NCBI GenBank assembly: GCA_964650935.1
Contig: CAZYYC010000004.1
Location: 4,008-42,751 of the forward strand
DNA from: an uncultured Anaerolineales bacterium
Lineage (GTDB): Bacteria > Chloroflexota > Anaerolineae > B4-G1 > SLSP01
Direction of reading: 5' to 3'
Length of the DNA: 38,744 nt
Positions 23,734 to 32,136 of the stretch are shown here, one piece after another. The notes beneath the pieces were generated by a model. It had not been told where the DNA came from. It was given only the letters and a program-made list of their open reading frames with translations, and searched no databases. The translations under genes and the position numbers were made by a program. Position 1 is the stretch's first letter. Each line of letters begins with the position of its first letter.

Positions 23734-26460
23734 TTAGAGTAGCTCAACCTGCGAGCCGCCGGCGGTCTTGGTCACCTGAATCTGAGTGGGAAAGGCCTCA
23801 CGCAGTTCGTCAATGTGCGTGATGATGAGGATCATATCGAACTCGTCCTGCACGGCTTTGACGGCCTCGACCAACCGCTGGCGGCCCTCTGCATCGAGCG
23901 ATCCAAACCCCTCATCGACAAAGAGCGAACGCAGTCGCACGCCGGCGCGCTGCGCCAGCATGCGCGACAACGCGACGCGGATGGCGAAGTTGATACGAAA
24001 TTGCTCGCCTCCGGAGAAGCCCTCGTAGGGACGCGTCCCCTTCTCATCGCTGATGATGATGTCCAGCGTCTCACGCAAGGTGCCCGTCTTGGTCTCCCGT
24101 TGTGTCTCGAAACGCACATGCATCCGTCCGCCGGAGAGCTGTTGCAGGATGCGGTTGGCATCACGCTCCAGCTCGGGCAGTGTGTGCTCGATGATCATCG
24201 CCGGAATCCCATTGACGCTGAAGGCATCACGCAACTCGGTGTAGATGGCGACCCGTTCCGCCGCGGTAGCACGCTGCTCGCGCATCGTCGTGACCCGCAG
24301 TTCGAGCGTCGCCAGCGCTGCCAGGTTCTGCCTAGCCGCGCCCACCCGCTGTCGGGCGGCAGCGACCTCCTGGCGCACCGCACTCAAGCGCTCCCCGACA
24401 TCTACAGCCATCGCCAGCTTGTGCTGCAGATCGGCAATCTTCGCCTCGGTCCGCTCTTCATCTACCGTAAGCGCCGTGATGCGACCGTCCTGGACCTCGA
24501 CCTGAGCCTCGAGGCGGGCCAGTGCCTGCGACGTGTTCTCCAGTCCAAGACGTGCCTTCTCCAGCTCACGATAGTCGGCCTCGGCGGTCGTTAGCGCCGC
24601 GAGGCGGTCCTGCACCTGGACGTGCGCCGCCGGGTCGTAGCCGATTTCGGCCAACTGCGCCACGATATCCGCCAACTCGGCCCGTGCCTCCGTAGCGAAG
24701 TCGCCGCGAGCCATCCGTGCCTGCAGCGCCACCCTCTGCTCCACCATCGCACCCACCGCCTGACGCTCAGCGCCCGCGAACTCCTCCTCGGCAAGACGTC
24801 GGTCGAGCGCAGCGATCTCCTTCGCCAGGGCCTGCGCGCGCTCACGCGCCGCCTCATCCTGTTCGCGGCGCTGCTGCAGACGCGCAAGCGCCTGCTCCTG
24901 CCTCGCACGCACCTGCACACGCGCCTCCAGCACCTGGATCGTCTTGCCGAGCACGGCCTGCTCCTCATCGAGCTCACCCAGCCGTTGGCGGTTTGTGCGA
25001 AACTCGTCCCCCATCACCTTGCCCTGCGCCTCGATCTCCTCGAGCAACCGCGCATGGTGCTCAGGGGAAAGCGGCTGACCACAGAGAGGGCAATCCGCTT
25101 CGGCACCGGCCAATGTATCCAAGCGTGCCTTCGTCTCGTTCATCAGATCCCGCAGTTGGCGATTGCGCTCGCTGCGACGGCTCTGCTCTACCTTAAGCTC
25201 CTGTAACGCCGACCTGGCGCACTCCAAGTCCTGTGCAGCTGCAGCGGTCTCCGCCAACTCGATCTCCGCGTCGCGCAGGGCCCCCGCGAAACCATCATCG
25301 GTGAAGCGCTCCGTAAGCAGCGCCTCCTGAGACCTCAGCTCACCCAGAGCCCGCTTCAGCTCCGCACCCGCATCCGCGATCGCACGATCCAGCCGTGCCT
25401 CCTCCTGCTCCAGAGCCCGCGCTTGCTCGGTCAGCTCCTCACGCGCCGCGGCGATGCGGGCCTCACAGCTCGAGCGCTGCTCCTGCAGCCGCGCTGCATG
25501 GCCGAGCTTCCTGACGAGTTCGCGCTCCTCAGCTACAGCATCCCGGTAAACAGCGTAACGCGCTTCAATCGCATCGGCCTGAGCCAGCCGTGCTTGATCT
25601 TGCGCCAGCCGGGTGCGGTGCATCTCAAGCTCACGGTGGAGCTCATCGCGTGCAGCCTGGGCCTCCCGGCAACGGCGGCTCAGATCCTCGCGTTGTCGCT
25701 GGTAAGCCAGGACCTGCTCCCTCATCCGCGTCAATTCGTCCATCGCCTGCTGGACCTCGGCGAGTTCAGCCTCAGCCGTCTCTGCCGCAACCTCCGCTTC
25801 GGCCAGCGCGGCTTCAAACTCAGGCCTGCGTGCCAAGTCGGCTTCGATCTCCGCCAAGCGTCGATCGATCTCGCGCATCTCGCCCTGCGATGCGGACAGC
25901 CTCACCTTCGCCCGCTCCTGATACACCGACCACTGATCGAGGGCCAAAACCGCGCTCAAGACGGACTTGCGTTGGCCGGGAGACTGAATGGTGAATTCAT
26001 CCGCGTGGCCTTGCCGCAGATAAGCGGAGTTGATAAAGGTGTCGTAGTCCAGGCCCAGATGGTCGATAATCGACTGCTGCGTCTCGCGAATACTGTCAGA
26101 GGTCAGGATTCGCCACGCCCCATCACGTTCGACCTCGAAGTCAAGCAGCGAGCTCACACTGCGTCGACCACGGGCCTCACGACGCCTGAGAATACGGCAT
26201 CGCTGCTCGGCGCCGCTCTGGTAGGGCATGCGAAAGACGAACTCCACCTCCAGGCTCGACTCACCGTGATAGACGAGGTCATCATCGCGACCGTAGGGCG
26301 CCCGGGAGCGCCCCCACACGGCCCAGGTGATCGCATCCAACAATGCGGACTTGCCGGCGCCGTTCTCACCCACCAGGCTCGCCAGATGCACGCCGCGCAG
26401 ATCGAGGTCTGTCTCGCGGTGCGAGAGGAAATTCCGCAGCCGCAGCGACTCGGGGACCAT
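23734..26460 (-). CDS. sbcC: SbcC/Rad50-type SMC-like ATPase
   Basis: Walker A GENGAGKS, Q-loop, coiled coils with CPLC zinc hook, FSGGE, LFVDEGFGSLD, ITH. Confidence 0.88.
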   Translation of the reverse strand: MVPESLRLRNFLSHRETDLDLRGVHLASLVGENGAGKSALLDAITWAVWGRSRAPYGRDDDLVYHGESSLEVEFVFRMPYQSGAEQRCRILRRREARGRRSVSSLLDFEVERDGAWRILTSDSIRETQQSIIDHLGLDYDTFINSAYLRQGHADEFTIQSPGQRKSVLSAVLALDQWSVYQERAKVRLSASQGEMREIDRRLAEIEADLARRPEFEAALAEAEVAAETAEAELAEVQQAMDELTRMREQVLAYQRQREDLSRRCREAQAARDELHRELEMHRTRLAQDQARLAQADAIEARYAVYRDAVAEERELVRKLGHAARLQEQRSSCEARIAAAREELTEQARALEQEEARLDRAIADAGAELKRALGELRSQEALLTERFTDDGFAGALRDAEIELAETAAAAQDLECARSALQELKVEQSRRSERNRQLRDLMNETKARLDTLAGAEADCPLCGQPLSPEHHARLLEEIEAQGKVMGDEFRTNRQRLGELDEEQAVLGKTIQVLEARVQVRARQEQALARLQQRREQDEAARERAQALAKEIAALDRRLAEEEFAGAERQAVGAMVEQRVALQARMARGDFATEARAELADIVAQLAEIGYDPAAHVQVQDRLAALTTAEADYRELEKARLGLENTSQALARLEAQVEVQDGRITALTVDEERTEAKIADLQHKLAMAVDVGERLSAVRQEVAAARQRVGAARQNLAALATLELRVTTMREQRATAAERVAIYTELRDAFSVNGIPAMIIEHTLPELERDANRILQQLSGGRMHVRFETQRETKTGTLRETLDIIISDEKGTRPYEGFSGGEQFRINFAIRVALSRMLAQRAGVRLRSLFVDEGFGSLDAEGRQRLVEAVKAVQDEFDMILIITHIDELREAFPTQIQVTKTAGGSQVELL

Positions 26461-27066
26461 CTAGCGCCCGCCCTTGAATCCTCGTGCGACGATGAAGGAC
26501 TCCCAACTCTCGTTGCGCGTGGCAGCGGGAGTATGCACCTTCACCGGATGGAAGGCCAGCTTGACGGCGCGGATCAAGTCGGGGAGATCCTCGCCTTCGA
26601 AAACCTTGAGCACCATATTGCCCTTGGGCACCAGGAGCTCGCGCGCGACCTCAAAGGCGGCGCTCGCCAACTCGATGGAGAGCACGTGGTCCCGCAGCTT
26701 GACCCCCGTCGTCGACGGAGCCGCGTCACTCAGGACAACGTTGGCTCGCCCTCCCGCCGCCTCGATGACCTGCGCCTGCACCGCAGGATCGGTCATATCG
26801 CCCACGATCGTGACGACGCCGGGAATCGGTTCGATGGGCTGCAGATCCAGAGCGATGATCTTCCCCCGTTCGCCGACCAGATCGACGACAACCTGGGACC
26901 AAGAACCCGGAGCCGCGCCCAGGTCTACGACGACGTCACCGCGCCGGACCACGCGAAAACGCTCCTGAATCTGAAGCAGCTTATAGGCCGATCGCGCGCG
27001 ATAGCCCTCCTGCTTCGCCATCTGGAAATAGCGATCCTGATGCTGTTGTTTGCGCCAATGTCCCAT
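26461..27066 (-). CDS. rlmE: 23S rRNA Um2552 methyltransferase RlmE/FtsJ
   Basis: YRARSAYKL, DLGAAPGSWSQ, VLSDAAP, KVFEG and E of the K-D-K-E tetrad. Confidence 0.93.
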   Translation of the reverse strand: MGHWRKQQHQDRYFQMAKQEGYRARSAYKLLQIQERFRVVRRGDVVVDLGAAPGSWSQVVVDLVGERGKIIALDLQPIEPIPGVVTIVGDMTDPAVQAQVIEAAGGRANVVLSDAAPSTTGVKLRDHVLSIELASAAFEVARELLVPKGNMVLKVFEGEDLPDLIRAVKLAFHPVKVHTPAATRNESWESFIVARGFKGGR

Positions 27067-27076
27067 CGTGCCGGAC

Positions 27077-28429
27077 CTACGCCTTCCGACGCGGCACCGA
27101 GAAAGGCGCCAACTGTGGTGCTAATGCGTCCGGCACCTGGGCTATGATATGCGTCCCTTCAGCACTGTGCATCTCTTGTTCAATCAGGCCACGCTCGTGG
27201 ATCAGGCTGACCAGGTCGCCGCGATCAAACGGCACCAGGACGCTCACCCACCGCATCTCCGACTCAAGGGCCACCTCAATCTCCGCCAGAAGCGCGTCCA
27301 GCCCGTAGCCCGTCGTTGCCGAGATGGCAACGCTGTCGCGGAGATCCGTGAGCGCAGCGCACGCGGCCTCCGGATCGTGGAGGCGATCGACCTTGTTCAA
27401 CGCGTTGATAATCGGCACCTCACCGGCTCCGATGCTCTTCAAGGTCTCGAAGACCGCCCGCGTCTGGTCCGTCGCCTGACGATGGCTCACATCGATCACG
27501 TGGATCAAGAGATCGGCCTCCAGCACCTCCTCCAGCGTCGCCCGGAAGGCTGCGACCAAGTCGGTCGGCAACTTCTGAATGAATCCGACCGTATCGGTGA
27601 AAAGCACGACCGCACCTCCGGGCAGGAGCACCCTGCGCGTGGTGGGATCCAGCGTCGCGAAGAGCTGATCGGCCACGTAGATGGTCGACCCCGTCAGCGC
27701 ATTGAGCAGCGTGGACTTCCCCGCGTTCGTATAGCCCACCAGCGCGACCGTCGGGAGCCCCTCACGACGTCGCTGCTGGCGCTGTCGCGACCTCACACTG
27801 CGGACGTTGTCCAACTCACGTTTGATCTGGGCGATGCGACGGCGAATGGCAAAGCGATCCATCTCCAACTGGGTCTCGCCCGGACCGCGCAGCCCCACAC
27901 CGCCCGTGCTTCCGCCGGCGCGACCGCCGGCCTGGCGGGTCAGAGCTTCCTGGGTCCATTGTTGGGTCAGCCGCGGCAGACGATACTCGTACTGGGCCAG
28001 TTCGACCTGGAGCGCGCCTTCACGCGTCCTGGCGTGCTGGGCGAAAATATCGAGGATCAGCCCGGTGCGATCCATGACCTTGACGCCTTTGCCGAAGATC
28101 CTTTCGAGTTCACGCTGATGCCGCGGGGCTAACTCATCATCGAAGATTACCACATCCGCTTCACGATCGCGGACCTCGGCGGCGATCTCCTCGGCCTTGC
28201 CGCTGCCGACAAAGGTCGCCGGGTTCGGACGCTCCAGATTCTGCGTGGTGTGCCCCACGACCTCGAGACCCGCCGTACTCGCCAGCCGGTCAAGTTCGAC
28301 CAAGGATTCAGCCACCGGCCAATCCGTAGGAGCATAACGCCCATGGGGGATGGCCTTCCACTCGACACCCACCAGATAGACCTTCTCCGGCGGGGCTATC
28401 ATGTCCTTCACAGATGTACGTTGACTCAT
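27077..28429 (-). CDS. hflX: GTPase HflX
   Basis: LILDIFAQHA, GPGETQLE, GYTNAGKS, LFATLDPT, DTVGFI, NKVD. ATG 28429 follows AAGGAGG. Confidence 0.95.
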   Translation of the reverse strand: MSQRTSVKDMIAPPEKVYLVGVEWKAIPHGRYAPTDWPVAESLVELDRLASTAGLEVVGHTTQNLERPNPATFVGSGKAEEIAAEVRDREADVVIFDDELAPRHQRELERIFGKGVKVMDRTGLILDIFAQHARTREGALQVELAQYEYRLPRLTQQWTQEALTRQAGGRAGGSTGGVGLRGPGETQLEMDRFAIRRRIAQIKRELDNVRSVRSRQRQQRRREGLPTVALVGYTNAGKSTLLNALTGSTIYVADQLFATLDPTTRRVLLPGGAVVLFTDTVGFIQKLPTDLVAAFRATLEEVLEADLLIHVIDVSHRQATDQTRAVFETLKSIGAGEVPIINALNKVDRLHDPEAACAALTDLRDSVAISATTGYGLDALLAEIEVALESEMRWVSVLVPFDRGDLVSLIHERGLIEQEMHSAEGTHIIAQVPDALAPQLAPFSVPRRKA

Positions 28430-28454
28430 GTCCCTCCTTTTGGGTGGCAACCAG

Positions 28455-28549
28455 ATCATAGCGCGAAAAGCCGCCCGAGCAAGATACGACGCATCCGGTG
28501 CGCGCGCACCGGATGCGCAGTTTACGGTCACCCTAGGATCTGCTACAAT
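28455..28549. promoter_or_regulatory. Divergent promoters (hflX / epimerase) flanking a perfect 28-bp palindrome
   Basis: Minus strand TTGCTC-16-TATGAT; plus strand TTTACG-17-TACAAT; palindrome at 28490-28517. Confidence 0.55.
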
Positions 28550-28591
28550 GATGGCATCAAACTATCGCACCCCACAGGTCCTGGAGGAAGC

Positions 28592-29518
28592 GTGAGAATA
28601 CTCATCACCGGCGGGGCCGGCTTCATCGGCAGCGCACTTGCCAATGCCCTCGCAGCCGAACAACACGAAGTGCTCGTCCTGGACGACCTCAGCGCCGGGG
28701 ACCCGGATCGCCTGCAGCCGGAGGTCCTTTTCCACCGCGGCAGCATCACGGATCGGCCCAAGCTGTGGTCCCTGCTGCAGGGCGTCGACTGCGTCTATCA
28801 CCTCGCGGCGCGGGTTCTTGTCGCCGAATCGATCCTCTATCCCCGGGAATATAATGAAGCCAACGTCAGCGGCACCGTGGCCCTCCTTGAAGCCATGCGT
28901 GACGTGGGTATCCCGCGCCTCGTTTTCACGTCCTCAGGCGCGCTCTACGGCGACCAGGCCAGACAGCCCGTCGCCGAGTCGGCCACCCCCAACCCGCTCT
29001 CGCCCTATGCCGTCAGCAAGCTGGCAGCCGAGCACTATGTGCAGACGATTGGGTCGCTGTGGGGGACGACGGCCATTGTCCTGCGCATCTTCAACGCCTA
29101 CGGACCGGGGCAACCGCTCCTTCCATCGCACTCCTCGGTCATCCCACGGTTCATCAGCCAGGCGATAGGCGGCGGCTCGCTGGTCATCTTCGGCGATGGA
29201 CAACAGACGCGCGACTTCGTTTACGTCAGCGATGTCGTGGACGCCCTGATCGCGGCACTGACGCTCGACAGCACGCAGCACATCACGCTCAACGTGGGGA
29301 GCGGTGTTGAGGTACCCATCAACGAGCTCGCGCATGAGATCCTGAGCCTCACCCGCTCCTCCAGCAACACGATCTACAGCCCCGTCGGCAGCGGTGGCGT
29401 CTCACGACTCCAGGCCGATCTCAAGCTCGCACGCAAGGTCCTCAGCTATGAGCCCAAGGTCACGCTGCGCGAAGGGCTACAACGTATCCTGCTCGAGGAC
29501 CCGAGGTTTCACGGATAG
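28592..29518 (+). CDS. NAD-dependent epimerase/dehydratase (extended SDR)
   Basis: TGGAGFIG, HLAA, YAVSK, FNAYGP, GDG.QTRDFVYV. GTG 28592 follows GGAGG. Confidence 0.92.
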   Translation: MRILITGGAGFIGSALANALAAEQHEVLVLDDLSAGDPDRLQPEVLFHRGSITDRPKLWSLLQGVDCVYHLAARVLVAESILYPREYNEANVSGTVALLEAMRDVGIPRLVFTSSGALYGDQARQPVAESATPNPLSPYAVSKLAAEHYVQTIGSLWGTTAIVLRIFNAYGPGQPLLPSHSSVIPRFISQAIGGGSLVIFGDGQQTRDFVYVSDVVDALIAALTLDSTQHITLNVGSGVEVPINELAHEILSLTRSSSNTIYSPVGSGGVSRLQADLKLARKVLSYEPKVTLREGLQRILLEDPRFHG

Positions 29519-29541
29519 CGCACCCTTCACGGAGGTGAACG

Positions 29542-30879
29542 ATGCTGATCACACACGCCCGTGTGGCCACCCTTGGACCGGCGCCGGAGATCATTGAAGA
29601 TGGCGCGATACGGATAGCGGGCCGGCACATTGCCGAGATCGGACCGACTCAGCAACTGGTCTCCGCGTATCCCGAGGAGCCGCAACTGGATGCCCAGGGG
29701 CAGCTGGCCCTGCCTGCAACGCTCTGTGGGCACACGCACTTCTACGGCGCCTTTGCGCGTGGATGGGCCTACCCCGGGCCGCCGGCGACCGCCTTCGGCG
29801 AGGTCCTGAAACGCCTGTGGTGGCGTCTGGACCGGCAACTCACGCCGGACGATGTGCGGACATCGGCGCTCGTCTGTCTGGCGGACGCCATCCGCCACGG
29901 CACCACGACGCTGATCGATCACCATGCCGGCCCCAACGCGATTGAGGGCTCGCTCGACGTCATCGCCGAGGCCGTCGGTGAGGCAGGCGTGCGTGGGGCG
30001 CTAGCCTATGAAGTGACCGACCGCGACGGGCCGGAGCGCGCCCAGGCAGGCATCGCGGAGAACGTGCGCATCCTACGCCGGTTGCAGCAGACGCCCCATC
30101 CGCAGCTTGCCGCCTCGTTTGGACTGCACGCCTCGCTGACGCTCAGCGATGAGACCCTGGCCCAGGCGGTCGCCGCCCGCGGCGATCTTCCGTGTGGCTT
30201 CCACATCCACGCCGCGGAGGGTATTGAGGACGTCGAGGACAGCCTGGTGAAATCCGGCATGCGCGTCATCCACCGCCTGCACAAGGCAGGCATCCTGGGC
30301 CCACAGACCATCGTCGCGCACGCCGTACACGTCACCCCCGACGAGATGGATGTGTTGGCAGAGACCGGCACCTGGGTGACCCACCAACCGCGCTCAAACA
30401 TGAATAACGGCGTCGGATTCGCTCAGGTGGAGGCGATGCTCGAGCACGGGGTCCGAGTGGCGCTGGGCAACGACGGTTTCTCCAACAACATGTTTGCGGA
30501 GATGAAGACGGCCTATCTCGGCCACAAGCTCGTCCAACGCGACCCGCGCGCCATGCCCGCCGATCTGGTCTTCAAGCTGGCCTATGCCGCCAACGCTGCT
30601 CTTGCCGCCAACTTCTGGCCCGAGCAGCAACTGGGCGTGCTGGCGCCCGGTGCTGTCGCCGACATTATCCTGATCGCCTATGACCCTATCACACCGCTGA
30701 CCGCCGGCAATCTGCCCTGGCACATGATCTTCGGCTACGAGGCCTCGATGTTGACGACCACGATCAGTGCCGGGCGCGTCCTGATGCAGGACCGGAAGCT
30801 CCTGACCCTTGACGAGGACAGGATCAGGGCTCACGCACGCGAGCTTGCGGCAGATGTCTGGGCCCGTGCCGCAGCCTAG
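29542..30879 (+). CDS. ssnA: SsnA-like amidohydrolase
   Basis: CGHTHFY, LWWRLD, GTTTLIDHH, GLHASLT, HIHAAEG, RSNMNNGVG, LGNDG. Confidence 0.85.
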   Translation: MLITHARVATLGPAPEIIEDGAIRIAGRHIAEIGPTQQLVSAYPEEPQLDAQGQLALPATLCGHTHFYGAFARGWAYPGPPATAFGEVLKRLWWRLDRQLTPDDVRTSALVCLADAIRHGTTTLIDHHAGPNAIEGSLDVIAEAVGEAGVRGALAYEVTDRDGPERAQAGIAENVRILRRLQQTPHPQLAASFGLHASLTLSDETLAQAVAARGDLPCGFHIHAAEGIEDVEDSLVKSGMRVIHRLHKAGILGPQTIVAHAVHVTPDEMDVLAETGTWVTHQPRSNMNNGVGFAQVEAMLEHGVRVALGNDGFSNNMFAEMKTAYLGHKLVQRDPRAMPADLVFKLAYAANAALAANFWPEQQLGVLAPGAVADIILIAYDPITPLTAGNLPWHMIFGYEASMLTTTISAGRVLMQDRKLLTLDEDRIRAHARELAADVWARAAA

Positions 30880-30892
30880 GACCCATCGGTAT

Positions 30893-30994
30893 GTGGGTCG
30901 GATGCCTAACACCCCCCGCAATCTCAACAGCGGGCACGGGCGGGACAGCTCCCCGCCCCACATGCAGACGTAGGTCGGAAAGCTGTTCCGACCT
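30893..30994. repeat. Cluster of REP-like GT(A/G)G-headed palindromes in alternating orientation
   Basis: 30937-30961(-) GTGGGGCGGGGAGCTGTCCCGCCCG vs 30970-30994(+) GTAGGTCGGAAAGCTGTTCCGACCT; partial copy at 30893. Confidence 0.6.
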
Positions 30995-31160
30995 CTGCCC
31001 CTCACAACGCCAGGGCTATCGCGTGTCAGCTAGCTTCCGCGAGGCTCTTCGGGCGTCGGACGCCTACATCCGCGCGACGCACCAGGCCTGCCGGCTTCCC
31101 GGAAGATCAAATATGATACCCTGCTCGCCTGCCACGGAGAAGTGTGCTAGTATGTAAGTG

Positions 31161-31916
31161 ATGAGAATCGATGTGTTCACGCTGTTCCCGGCGATGTTTC
31201 TCAGTCCGCTCCAGGAGAGCATGATGAAACGCGCCCAGGAGCAAGGGCGATTGAGGGTGCTCCTGCACCAGATCCGCGACTACGCCCTGGACCGTCACCA
31301 GATGACGGATGACCTGCCCTATGGAGGCGGACAAGGGATGGTGATGAAGCCGGAGCCTATCTTCCGCGCGGTCAGAGCCGTGGTCGACGACGACGCCGTG
31401 CCCATCGTGCTGCTGTCGCCCCAGGGACGCCTCCTCACCCACGCCATCGCCCGAGACCTGGCAGAAAGGCCGCGGCTCGCGCTGATCTGCGGGCACTACG
31501 AGGGCGTCGACGAGCGGGTGCGCGAGCACCTCGTCACCGACGAACTGTCCATCGGCGACTACGTGCTCACCGGCGGCGAACTGGCCGCGATGGTCGTCAT
31601 CGATGCCGTCGCGCGTTTCATCCCGGGTGTTCTGGGCGCTGCTGAAAGCGCCCAGGATGACTCGCACGCATCGGGCCTCCTCGAGGGACCCCAGTACACG
31701 CGCCCGGCAGACTTTACGGGATGGTCGGTGCCCGAGGTCCTGAGGTCAGGGGATCACGCGGCGATCGCGCGCTGGCGGCAGCGCGCTGCGCTTGAGCGTA
31801 CGCTACGCAGGCGCCCCGAGTTGCTCTCCGGCGCGACTCTGTCGCCGGAGGAGCGCGCGTGGCTGGCCGATATGGCATCAGCTGCGGACGGACGGACGGC
31901 GCCAAGTGACAACTGA
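31161..31916 (+). CDS. trmD: tRNA (guanine37-N1)-methyltransferase
   Basis: [52 protein letters not shown]. Confidence 0.96.
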   Translation: MRIDVFTLFPAMFLSPLQESMMKRAQEQGRLRVLLHQIRDYALDRHQMTDDLPYGGGQGMVMKPEPIFRAVRAVVDDDAVPIVLLSPQGRLLTHAIARDLAERPRLALICGHYEGVDERVREHLVTDELSIGDYVLTGGELAAMVVIDAVARFIPGVLGAAESAQDDSHASGLLEGPQYTRPADFTGWSVPEVLRSGDHAAIARWRQRAALERTLRRRPELLSGATLSPEERAWLADMASAADGRTAPSDN

Positions 31917-31918
31917 CC

Positions 31919-31946
31919 TTGACAACCGGACTATTGTCCGTAAAAT
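31919..31946 (+). promoter_or_regulatory. Promoter of the ABC transporter operon
   Basis: TTGACA-16 nt-TAAAAT about 190 nt upstream of the ATG. Confidence 0.65.
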
Positions 31947-32136
31947 GAGACGATCGTGAGGGTCCGCACTCTCTTGGTGGGACTCGACACGTCTCAAGTT
32001 GAGGCGCGACTCGATCAAAGCTACGGAAGGAGGTGTTGCGTTCGGAAGGTGACATGATGACAGCGACAGTGGAAGTCCGTAGTGTTTTTTGCTTCAGAGA
32101 ACCCAATCCTTACTACGTTTGAAGGAGGAGAAATCC

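Noticed and set aside
30891-31157. 88-aa ORF between ssnA and trmD
   Set aside because: It has no RBS or recognisable features, and the region is better explained by palindromic repeats.
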